Below, in pieces: positions 10,224 through 18,184 of a DNA stretch of 64,000 nt; the stretch's first letter is position 1, and the number at the start of each line of letters is the position of its first letter. Location: positions 133,675 through 197,674 of the forward strand of contig CAYQRE010000001.1 in NCBI GenBank assembly GCA_964420075.1, in the 5' to 3' direction. The notes under the pieces were generated by a model that made no database searches, was not told the DNA's origin, and worked only from the letters and a program-made list of their open reading frames with translations. This DNA comes from an uncultured Thermoanaerobaculia bacterium (lineage in GTDB: Bacteria > Acidobacteriota > Thermoanaerobaculia > Multivoradales > SZUA-115). The position numbers and the translations under genes were made by a program.

Positions 10224-10235
10224 GGCTGGTAGACT
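10224..10235 (+). promoter_or_regulatory. GGCTGGTAGACT element, copy 2 (putative leaderless promoter of the WecA-like gene)
   Basis: See copy 1; -10-like hexamer ends 11 nt before GTG 10247. Confidence 0.4.
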
Positions 10236-10246
10236 GCGGCCCTGCC

Positions 10247-11356
10247 GTGCGAAGCGTCGTCATCACCGCCTTGTGGGCCGCGGCGACCGCGGGCCTGGTC
10301 ACCAATCTGCTGGTGCCGGTGGCGGTGCGGCTGGCCCTTTTCCTGCGCATCCTCGACCATCCGAGCGAGCGCAAGACGCAGAGCCGTGCCGTGCCGCGGC
10401 TGGGTGGCCTCGCCATCTTCGCGGGCTTTGCCCTCGGTTCCCTCACCGTGCTGTTGATGAAGTGGAACCAGTGGAACCTGGGGATCTCCCGCTCCGAGCT
10501 GGTGGCCCTCTCGGTCGGCACCTTCCTGGTCTTCCTGGTAGGGGTGATCGACGACATCTTCGACGTCTCGGTGGCCAAGAAGCTGCTCATCGAGCTGGCC
10601 GCCGCCTACTTGCTGGTGCACATCGGCTGGTCCTTCCACGTGCTCGCCCTGCCGGGCGTCGGCAACGTCGAGCTCGGGGTCTTCGGCGAGCTGGTGTCGT
10701 TGCTGTGGATCGTCGGCTGCACGAACGCCATCAACCTGATCGACGGCCTCGACGGCCTCGCCGCCGGGGTGGTGGCGATCGTCGCCGTGGGGCTGTGGAT
10801 CTACGCCCTCGACATCGGCAACCTGCTGGCGGTGGTGCTGCTCGCGGCGATCGTCGGCGCCTGCCTGGGCTTTCTGCGCCACAACTGGGCGCCGGCCCGC
10901 ATCTTCATGGGCGATTCGGGCTCCCTCACCCTCGGTTTCCTGCTCGCCGCCACCAGCGTGCAGTCCTCGCTCAAGGCGCCGGCGGCGGTCGCCATCCTGG
11001 TTCCCATCCTCGCCCTCGGCCTGCCGGTCATCGACACCTTGCTGGTGATGTTCGTGCGCTTCCTCGATCGCCCGCACGGCCCCTTTCTCGAACGCTTCCT
11101 GCGCATGTTCCGCGCCGACCGCAACCACCTGCACCACACCCTCGAGCCGATCGTGGCGCACCGCGGCGGCATCGTGACAGCGATCTACGCCACCGCTATC
11201 CTCTTCTGCGGCATGGCGATCGCCGTCGCCCTGACCCACAACGCGACGCTGGGGTTGGGGCTGGTGGTGCTGGAGTTCCTCGCCGTGCTGGCGATGCGCA
11301 ACCTGGGGCGGATGCGCCGGGGCGGCGCCGAGGCAACGGCCGAGCCGCCGCCGTAG
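10247..11356 (+). CDS. Polyprenyl-phosphate N-acetylhexosamine-1-phosphate transferase (WecA/TagO/MraY family)
   Basis: GTG start; 10-11 TM protein with LDHPSERKTQSRAVPRLGG (DxPxxRKxH-like) and NLIDGLDGLAAG motifs characteristic of the MraY/WecA superfamily. TAGACT -10-like element ends 11 nt upstream. Confidence 0.8.
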   Translation: MRSVVITALWAAATAGLVTNLLVPVAVRLALFLRILDHPSERKTQSRAVPRLGGLAIFAGFALGSLTVLLMKWNQWNLGISRSELVALSVGTFLVFLVGVIDDIFDVSVAKKLLIELAAAYLLVHIGWSFHVLALPGVGNVELGVFGELVSLLWIVGCTNAINLIDGLDGLAAGVVAIVAVGLWIYALDIGNLLAVVLLAAIVGACLGFLRHNWAPARIFMGDSGSLTLGFLLAATSVQSSLKAPAAVAILVPILALGLPVIDTLLVMFVRFLDRPHGPFLERFLRMFRADRNHLHHTLEPIVAHRGGIVTAIYATAILFCGMAIAVALTHNATLGLGLVVLEFLAVLAMRNLGRMRRGGAEATAEPPP

Positions 11357-11365
11357 CGCCGCACC

Positions 11366-11530
11366 TCAGAAGATCGTGTAGATGAAGGGGGCGGACACCT
11401 GGCCGGCAGCGATCAGCAGGCCGAGCAGGCCGAGCACCAGGAGCAGCGGCACGATCCAATAGGCCTTGTGCTCACGGGCGAAGGCCAGCAGCTCCGCGAG
11501 CAGCCGGCCGCCGTGTCGTAACTTTCCCAT
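11366..11530 (-). CDS. DUF5989 / SxtK-like small membrane protein (54 aa; below ORF-track cutoff, translated by hand)
   Basis: Reverse strand ATG 11530..11528, TGA 11368..11366: MGKLRHGGRLLAELLAFAREHKAYWIVPLLLVLGLLGLLIAAGQVSAPFIYTIF; basic N-terminus, single TM helix and C-terminal APFIYTIF match DUF5989 proteins found downstream of NodU-type carbamoyltransferases. Confidence 0.6.
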   Translation of the reverse strand: MGKLRHGGRLLAELLAFAREHKAYWIVPLLLVLGLLGLLIAAGQVSAPFIYTIF

Positions 11531-11595
11531 CTCCGGTTCCCTTTCTCACCACGCCGGCGCCCGCGAGAGAGCACCGGCCCAAGCCGTCATGGCCC

Positions 11596-13443
11596 TCAAT
11601 CCAGCGTGAAGGTCTCCCGCCAGTTCTCCTTCTCCTCCCAGCCCGGCTGCTCGCGCTTGGCGAGGAGGAAGTCCTCCAGCACCAAGTAGTCCATCTCGCA
11701 GCGCATGAAGCAGCGGTAGGCGTCCTCCGGCGTGCAGACGATCGGCTCGCCGCGGACGTTGAAGCTGGTGTTGATCAGGATGCCGTAGCCCGTGCGCGCC
11801 TCGAAGGCCGAGATCAGAGCGTGGTAGCGGGGGTTGGTCTCGGCCGACACCGACTGGATGCGCGCCGAGCCGTCGACGTGGGTGATCGCCGGCACGTCCG
11901 AGCGCACCCGGTTGACCCACTCGAGGAGGTCGTCGCTGCGCACCGCGGCCGGCTGCTCGACGCAGCGCTCGCCCTGCACCTGGGCCACCAGCAGCATGTA
12001 GGGCGACGGGCGGTCGAGCGCGAAGAAGTCGCCGATCCTCTCCTCGAGCACCGAGGGGGCGAACGGCCGGAAGCTCTCCCGGTACTTGATCTTGAGGTTC
12101 ATGATCGACTGCATCTTGGGCGAGCGGGCGTCGCCGACGATCGAGCGGTTGCCGAGCGCCCGCGGCCCGAACTCCATGCGGCCCTGGAAGAGGCCGATGA
12201 CGTTCTCTTCGGCGATCAGCCGGGCGATCTCCGCGGCCCACTCGCCCTCACCCAACCGCCGCGCCGCATAGCCCTTGGCGGCGAGGAACTCGCCGATCTG
12301 CTCGTTCGAGAAGGCCGGCCCGAGGTAGGCGCCCTGCATGCCGTCGCCCCCCGGTCGCCGGCGGTTGGCCGGCTGCGGGCGGGGCTTGCCCAGACCGCAG
12401 TGGTAGTAGGCGAGCGCCGCGCCGACGGCGCCGCCGGCATCGCCGGCCGCCGGCTGGATGAAGAGGTCGTCGAAGATCCCCTCACGCAGGAGCACGCCAT
12501 TCGCCACGCAGTTGAGGGCCACGCCCCCGGCCAGGCAGAGCTTGCGCTTGCCGGTGAGCTGGCGGGCATGGCGGGCGGCGCGCAGCACGATCTCCTCGGT
12601 CACCGCCTGGATCGAGCGCGCGAGGTCCATCTCGCGGCGGGTGATCCGACCCTCGGGCTGCCGCGGCGGGCCACCGAAGAGCTTCTCGAAGCGCGGGCCG
12701 GTCATCCGCCAGCCGGCGAGGTAGTCGAAGTAGGAGAGGTCGAGGTGGAAGGAGCCGTCGGCCTTGAGGTCGACCAGCTCGCGCAGGATCAGGTCGCGAT
12801 AGACCGGCTCGCCGTAGGGCGCCAGGCCCATCAGCTTGTACTCGCCGGAGTTGACCTTGAAGCCCGTGAAGTAGGTGAAGGCCGAGTAGAGCAGGCCGAG
12901 CGAGTGGGGGAAGCGCATCTCCTCGACCAGCCGCAGGCTCGCCCCTTCGCCGACCCCGACGGTGGTGGTGGACCACTCGCCGACCCCGTCGAGGGTGAGG
13001 GTCGCGGCCTCCTCGAACGGCGAGGGGAAGAAGGCGCTCGCGGCGTGGGACTCGTGGTGCTCGGCGTAGAGGATGGGCGGCGGCTCGGTGAGGCCCAGGG
13101 TCGCGAGAGCGTCCTCGATCTGCGGGGTGAGCCAAAGCCGGTCGCGCAGCCACAGGGGGATCGCCTCCAGGTATTGGCTGAGGCCGCGCGGTGCCACGGA
13201 GAGATAGGTCTCGAGCAGGCGATGGAGCTTGAGGATCGGCTTGTCGTAGAACACCACCGCGTCGAGGCCGCCGTCGGTGATGCCGCCCTCGGCGAGGCAG
13301 TAGCGGCTCGCCTCGAGGGGGAAGCCGGGATCGTGCTTCTTGCGCGTGAAGCGCTCTTCCTGCGCCGCCGCGACGACCACGCCGTCTTCCACCAGGCAGG
13401 CGGCCGAATCGTGGTAGAAGGCGCTCAAGCCAAGGATTTTCAA
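11596..13443 (-). CDS. Carbamoyltransferase, NodU/CmcH family (second copy)
   Basis: 615 aa; ILGLSAFYHDSAACLVEDG...QEERFTRKKHD and KLMGLAPYGEP motifs; C-terminal NLKIKYRESFRPFAPS. Confidence 0.85.
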   Translation of the reverse strand: MKILGLSAFYHDSAACLVEDGVVVAAAQEERFTRKKHDPGFPLEASRYCLAEGGITDGGLDAVVFYDKPILKLHRLLETYLSVAPRGLSQYLEAIPLWLRDRLWLTPQIEDALATLGLTEPPPILYAEHHESHAASAFFPSPFEEAATLTLDGVGEWSTTTVGVGEGASLRLVEEMRFPHSLGLLYSAFTYFTGFKVNSGEYKLMGLAPYGEPVYRDLILRELVDLKADGSFHLDLSYFDYLAGWRMTGPRFEKLFGGPPRQPEGRITRREMDLARSIQAVTEEIVLRAARHARQLTGKRKLCLAGGVALNCVANGVLLREGIFDDLFIQPAAGDAGGAVGAALAYYHCGLGKPRPQPANRRRPGGDGMQGAYLGPAFSNEQIGEFLAAKGYAARRLGEGEWAAEIARLIAEENVIGLFQGRMEFGPRALGNRSIVGDARSPKMQSIMNLKIKYRESFRPFAPSVLEERIGDFFALDRPSPYMLLVAQVQGERCVEQPAAVRSDDLLEWVNRVRSDVPAITHVDGSARIQSVSAETNPRYHALISAFEARTGYGILINTSFNVRGEPIVCTPEDAYRCFMRCEMDYLVLEDFLLAKREQPGWEEKENWRETFTLD

Positions 13444-13522
13444 GCGCTTACCTCTCGCAACCGGGTCGTCCCACGAGCTCGCTCAGCGGCCTGGGTCCGG
13501 CGGTTCCACCGTTGTCGATGCC

Positions 13523-14026
13523 TCAGAACTGATGACGGTAATAGGCCTCGGTGCGCGCCACCTGCGGCCGCTGGTGCCAGTAGGAAGGCGTCGAGTCGTC
13601 GAACCACCGCTCGAGCTTGTCCCGCCGCCCGCGGCGCATGATCCGGCCGACGAGGGTGAAGAAGAGGAGGAAGACCGGCGTCAGCAGCAGCACGGCGAGA
13701 AAGCGCCCCACCAGCTTGCCGAAGGCCGCGAGGCCCTTGCCGAGGGCGGCGTAGGCACCCCGCGGCGAGGCCAGGGCAGCGAGCGCCACCAGCCCGGAGA
13801 GCACGGCGGCGACGAGGGCCAGGCGGGGATGGTGGAAAAAGGAGAGGCCCCCGGCGACGAGGCCGCCGACGACGGCGCGCAGCAGCCCTTCGCGACGAAG
13901 GGCCGCGGCCGAGGGCCCTGCCGCGGCAGCCGGCTCGCGCCAGCGCCAGATCGCCGCCGCGGCCTCCGGCCGGCCGGCCAAGAGGGAAGCGGAAGACGGT
14001 TCGCGAAGCTCGCCAGCTGGTTCCAT
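13523..14026 (-). CDS. SxtJ-like small membrane protein
   Basis: 167 aa, 3-4 TM helices, C-terminal ...YWHQRPQVARTEAYYRHQF resembling the SxtJ family C-terminus; sits immediately upstream of the carbamoyltransferase, as in sxtI-J-K-like triads. Confidence 0.5.
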   Translation of the reverse strand: MEPAGELREPSSASLLAGRPEAAAAIWRWREPAAAAGPSAAALRREGLLRAVVGGLVAGGLSFFHHPRLALVAAVLSGLVALAALASPRGAYAALGKGLAAFGKLVGRFLAVLLLTPVFLLFFTLVGRIMRRGRRDKLERWFDDSTPSYWHQRPQVARTEAYYRHQF

Positions 14027-14118
14027 CGAGCCCGGGAGCTTATCAGGAGGGTGCTCTCAGGACCACGGAGCCCGGCCCGGCCAGCGGGCCGAGCGGCGTG
14101 TAGGATGCGGCTCCTGCC

Positions 14119-14877
14119 ATGCGCGACGACCACCGACCCGCCCTCCTCGTCACCGGCGCGAGCCGTGGCATCGGGGCGGCCACCGCTCTGCTGGCGGCGG
14201 CGCGGGGCTACCAGGTGGCGGTCAACTACCGCCAGGACGCGGCCGCCGCCCAGCGCGTGGTGGCGGCGATCACGGCCGCCGGCGGCCACGCCGTGGCCCT
14301 CCAGGCCGACGTCTCCTGCGAGGCAGACGTGCTCCGCCTGTTCGCCGACTGCGACCGCCAGCTCGGCCCGCTCTCGGCGCTGGTCAACAACGCCGGCATC
14401 CTGGCGCCGCAGATGCGGCTAGAGGCGATGACCGCGGCACGGCTCGAGCAGATCTTCGCCACCAACGTAGTGGGCGCCTTCCTCTGTGCTCGCGAGGCGG
14501 TGCGCCGGCTGTCTACCCGCCACGGCGGACGCGGCGGCGCCATCGTCAACCTCTCTTCACGCGCCGCCGTGCTCGGCTCGCCGGGCGAGTACGTGGACTA
14601 CGCCGCCTCCAAGGGGGCCCTCGACACCCTGACGGTGGGGCTCGCCAAGGAGGTGGCGGCCGAGGGGATCCGCGTCAACGGCGTGCGCGCCGGGTTCATC
14701 CACACCGAGATCCACGCCAGCGGCGGCGAGCCCGACCGCGTCGAGCGCCTCGCCAGCCAGCTGCCGATGCAGCGCGGCGGCGCGCCCGAGGAGGTGGCGC
14801 GCGCCGTCCTCTGGCTGCTCTCGGCCGAGGCCTCGTACGTTACCGGCGCCCTGCTCGACGCGGCCGGCGGTCGCTGA
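14119..14877 (+). CDS. SDR-family short-chain dehydrogenase/reductase
   Basis: TGASRGIGAA Rossmann motif, NNAG, catalytic Y-x3-K (YAASKGAL). Confidence 0.82.
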   Translation: MRDDHRPALLVTGASRGIGAATALLAAARGYQVAVNYRQDAAAAQRVVAAITAAGGHAVALQADVSCEADVLRLFADCDRQLGPLSALVNNAGILAPQMRLEAMTAARLEQIFATNVVGAFLCAREAVRRLSTRHGGRGGAIVNLSSRAAVLGSPGEYVDYAASKGALDTLTVGLAKEVAAEGIRVNGVRAGFIHTEIHASGGEPDRVERLASQLPMQRGGAPEEVARAVLWLLSAEASYVTGALLDAAGGR

Positions 14878-14906
14878 CCGCACCACCGGCGGGCGCCGTT
14901 CCGGCT

Positions 14907-15206
14907 TCAGCAGTGGCCGGTGTACCAGTCCTTGCAGCGGATCGAGTAGCCGTCCGGGCTGATCTGGCAATCGATGTCCGGGTTCGCCTTGCAGAACGAG
15001 CAGGTACAGCGGATCCAGCCGCCGAGCGGCACGGCGTCGGGAGCCGGCGCGAGGCTCGCGGCGGGGCTCGCCGGGCATTGGCCGGCGTCGAGGAGCGGCG
15101 CCGTTGCGAGCGGCGGGGAGGCGGCGTTGTCGGCACGGTAGGGAGCACCGGAAACGAGCAGCGCGACGAGGGCGAGCACGGCGAGAGCGAGGCGAGGGCG
15201 CAACAT
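14907..15206 (-). CDS. Small secreted cysteine-rich protein (99 aa), function unknown
   Basis: True start inferred at ATG 15206 within longer artefactual ORF: MLRPRLALAVLALVALLVSGAPYRA signal peptide, Pro/Ala-rich linker, C-terminal C-T-C-S-F-C-x7-C-x10-C-x7-C module. Confidence 0.4.
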   Translation of the reverse strand: MLRPRLALAVLALVALLVSGAPYRADNAASPPLATAPLLDAGQCPASPAASLAPAPDAVPLGGWIRCTCSFCKANPDIDCQISPDGYSIRCKDWYTGHC

Positions 15207-15335
15207 GCAGGGCTCCTTTCGGGTCGGCAACCGGGGCGGTCCTGCCCTGGCTCCATCGAGTGAGGTGCTGGCGCGAGCCCCGGAGGAGACCAGCCACGCG
15301 CCCGCGGCCAAGATCTCGCGGGCTAAGATCTGCCG

Positions 15336-15725
15336 ATGCCCATCCAGCGCCTCAACGCCCCCGGTCTCGGCCGCCTCGCCGCCTTCTCCCACGCCGTCGT
15401 GGCGGGGGACCTGATCTTCGTCTCCGGCACCCTCGGCACCGTCGAGGACCGCCTCGAGCTGGTCCCCGGCGGCACCGGGCCGGAGACCACCCAGGTCCTG
15501 CGCAACCTCGAGCGGGTGCTCGCCACGGCCGGCGCCGGCCTCGCCGACCTGGTGAAGGTCACCGTCTACCTGCACGACATGGCGACGTTCGCCGCGATGA
15601 ACACCGCCTACCTCGCCGTCCTCGGCGCCGAGGTCCCGGCGCGGATCACCGTCGGCGGTGTCGAGCTTGCGCTCGGCGCGGCCGTCGAGATCGACGCCGT
15701 GGCCTATCGCCCGTTGCGGCAATAG
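15336..15725 (+). CDS. RidA/YjgF/TdcF family reactive-intermediate deaminase
   Basis: 129 aa; conserved ...AVVAGDLIFVSGT... and C-terminal ARITVGGVELALGAAVEIDAVA chorismate-mutase-like fold signature; TAAGAT -10-like element 6 nt upstream of ATG. Confidence 0.8.
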   Translation: MPIQRLNAPGLGRLAAFSHAVVAGDLIFVSGTLGTVEDRLELVPGGTGPETTQVLRNLERVLATAGAGLADLVKVTVYLHDMATFAAMNTAYLAVLGAEVPARITVGGVELALGAAVEIDAVAYRPLRQ

Positions 15726-15826
15726 ACCGCCGGCAGCTGAACGACGAACTTCCCTCCTGCGGCCGGGCGCGCGAGAATCGTCGCAGCGCTTCCGTCTCTT
15801 CTTCCGACACCTCCACGGAGGGAACC

Positions 15827-18061
15827 ATGCAGATCGTCGTCCTGCTGGTGCTGTTGGCCTTGCTCGGCCTTCTCGTGCGGGCGCAGAGCAAGGCACCGCT
15901 GCTGCAGTACGCCTTCTTCGGCCGTTTCGCCCTGCTGCAGGCCCTCGTCGTCGCGAGCTTCCCGCTGCTCGCTCTGGCGGCCGCCCCCAGCCTGCTCGCC
16001 AACCTGCTGTCGCTCTCCTTGGTGGGCATCACGCTGGTGAGCCTGTTGGCGGTGCTCAACGCCTGGGTGGCGCTGGTCGGCCTCGAGCTGGTGGTGCGCT
16101 ATGGGCCGCTGCGCTTCGGCGCCGATCTCGGCACCCTGCGCCTGCCGGACTGGCTCGCCCGGCACCGCTACGGCCTCTCGGCGGCTCTGCTCGCGGCGCC
16201 GATGGTCCTGGCGGTGGTCGTCGTCTCGCCCTCACCGTTCTACCAGGGCCTGGGCCTCGAGCTCCTGGAGCAAGACACCGTGCTGCGCCAGCCCGGGCCG
16301 CGGCTGGCGCTTGCCGCCCTCCTCACCAAGGGCGGCGCGGCAGCCGTGGGCGTCGCCCTGGCGGTCGGCTTCCTCTACCTGGCGCTCTTCCTGCGCGCCC
16401 GCTGGGGCGCCCTCGACGACCTCCACGACAGCCTGCGCATCGGGCCGCCTTCGGACCTCGCCCGCGAGATCGCCGCCAGCCGCGCGGCGCAGCCGCCGCC
16501 GGCGCCCGCTCGGCCCCTGTGGAGCCGGCTGCCACGCTGGCTGCAGCAGGAGCTGCTGCTCGGCTACGTGGACCCGCAGAGCCGCCATCTGCTGCCCGGC
16601 CAGCGCCTCGCTCTGAGCTTCTTCGCGACGACGCTGGTGATCTACGCACTCTTCTTTTTCGTCGGCTATGCCCGCCTGCGCCACGGTTCGTCGCCGCCGG
16701 CCCTGGTCTACGTGTTGTGGATCACCCTGCTCCTCGGCTGGGGCATGCCGGGCGTCTCCTTCTTCCTCGACCGCTTCCGGGTGCCCGTGCTGCTGCCCCT
16801 GGTGGGCCTGAGCTTTCTCACCAGCTGGCTCGCCGGCACCGACCACACTTTCACCATCTCGCGGCGGGCGGTGGCCCCCAGCAAGCCCGCCGAGGTCTTC
16901 CAGGCCGCCGAAGCGAAGACCGGCGAGACGCAGGGCCCCGTCGTGGTGGTGGCGGCGAGCGGCGGTGGGATCACCGCCTCGCTGTGGACGGCGAAGGTGC
17001 TCACCGCCTTGCAGCAGAACGTGGGCGACGAGTTCCCCCGCTCGGTGCGGCTGATCAGCTCGGCCTCCGGCGGCAGCGTCGGCGCCCTCTTCTACCTCGA
17101 CCGCTTCTCGGCGGAGGGGTTCCCGCCGCCAGAGGCGGCCCCCGAGATCCTCGACGCCGCCGGCCGCTCGAGCCTCGATGCCGTCGCCTGGGGCCTCGCC
17201 TACCCCGACTTCTGGCGGATGTTCTTCGGCGAGCTGGTGCCCCGGCGCCTCGATCGCGCCTGGGCCCTCGAGCAGAGCTGGACGCGCGACCTCCGCCACC
17301 CGGAGGCCACCCTCGGCGACTGGCAGAGGAAGATCGCCGACGGCTGGCTGCCGGCCGCCGTCCTCAACTCCACCCACGTCGAGACCGGCAACCCCTTCCT
17401 GCTCACCGGCCTCGACCTCGCCGGCAGCCTCGGCGACTACACCTTCTTCGGTACCTATCCGGGCTTCGACGTCCCGGCGGTGACCGCGGCCCGCCTCTCC
17501 GCCACCTTCCCCTTCGTCACCCCGATCACCCGCCCCTCGGCCGGCGAGGCCGCGAACGGCCTGCCCGCCGACCTCGCCGCCCGCCTGAGCCGCCACTACG
17601 CCGACGGCGGCTACTTCGACAACTTCGGCATCGTGAGCGCCATTCGCTGGCTGGGCAGCCTCGACGAGGCCTCCCGGCAGGAGGTTCGCGACCGCGGCCT
17701 GCTGCTGGTCCGCATCCGCGCCTTCCCCCGCGACGAGCCGGACGGCAAGGCCGAGACCGGCTGGATCTACTCGACCCTCGGCCCGGTCCAGACCCTGCTC
17801 AACGCCTGGGGCTCGGCGCAGAACGTGCGCGGCGACGTCGAGGTCGAGATGCTGCGCCAGATCCTCGACGCGATGCAGATCCGTAGCACGATGGCCTGCT
17901 TCACCCGCACCGGCCCGGCACCGCTGTCCTGGAAGCTGACCTGGGAGGAGAAACGGGAGATCCTCGCCGCCTGGGGCCAACAGGGCAACCAGGAGGCGGC
18001 GCAGGCGGTTTCCGCCGTCTTCGCCGGCGAGCACCCGCAGACCGCCACCGGCTGCCGCTAG
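15827..18061 (+). CDS. Membrane-anchored patatin-like phospholipase (N-terminal ~380 aa polytopic membrane domain + C-terminal patatin domain)
   Basis: Start refined to ATG 15827 (GGAGGG RBS 6 nt upstream) inside track ORF 15104..18061 whose upstream part is Arg-rich junk. Patatin motifs: VVVAASGGGITAS (oxyanion G-G-G), SSASGGSVGA (GGSVG = GxSxG nucleophile), YADGGYFDN (DGG catalytic Asp). Confidence 0.7.
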   Translation: MQIVVLLVLLALLGLLVRAQSKAPLLQYAFFGRFALLQALVVASFPLLALAAAPSLLANLLSLSLVGITLVSLLAVLNAWVALVGLELVVRYGPLRFGADLGTLRLPDWLARHRYGLSAALLAAPMVLAVVVVSPSPFYQGLGLELLEQDTVLRQPGPRLALAALLTKGGAAAVGVALAVGFLYLALFLRARWGALDDLHDSLRIGPPSDLAREIAASRAAQPPPAPARPLWSRLPRWLQQELLLGYVDPQSRHLLPGQRLALSFFATTLVIYALFFFVGYARLRHGSSPPALVYVLWITLLLGWGMPGVSFFLDRFRVPVLLPLVGLSFLTSWLAGTDHTFTISRRAVAPSKPAEVFQAAEAKTGETQGPVVVVAASGGGITASLWTAKVLTALQQNVGDEFPRSVRLISSASGGSVGALFYLDRFSAEGFPPPEAAPEILDAAGRSSLDAVAWGLAYPDFWRMFFGELVPRRLDRAWALEQSWTRDLRHPEATLGDWQRKIADGWLPAAVLNSTHVETGNPFLLTGLDLAGSLGDYTFFGTYPGFDVPAVTAARLSATFPFVTPITRPSAGEAANGLPADLAARLSRHYADGGYFDNFGIVSAIRWLGSLDEASRQEVRDRGLLLVRIRAFPRDEPDGKAETGWIYSTLGPVQTLLNAWGSAQNVRGDVEVEMLRQILDAMQIRSTMACFTRTGPAPLSWKLTWEEKREILAAWGQQGNQEAAQAVSAVFAGEHPQTATGCR

Positions 18062-18184
18062 CCCGCCCTCGCCACGGCTCGTCGCGCCCGGTCTCCCTGC
18101 CGCCGGGCGTAAGCGCGAGGGCGCGCCGGCGTCTCCTCTGATAGCGCACGGCGCGCGACGACCCTCCTCCTGAAAGGACGAGCC

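Noticed and set aside
10037-11239. 400-aa minus-strand ORF antisense to the WecA-like gene
   Set aside because: Highly charged Asp/Glu/Arg/Gln-rich with no motifs; the plus-strand product is a coherent multi-TM MraY/WecA family protein.
13532-14422. 296-aa plus-strand ORF overlapping the SxtJ-like gene and divergent promoter
   Set aside because: Acidic/Arg-rich low-complexity (EEEEEDRRQQQ); the minus-strand product has coherent TM helices and a family-like C-terminus.
15104-15826. N-terminal 241-codon extension of the patatin ORF (track ORF 15104..18061)
   Set aside because: Arg/Pro/Gly-rich junk overlapping the real ridA gene (15336-15725) in another frame; a GGAGGG RBS and hydrophobic N-terminus support ATG 15827 as the true start.
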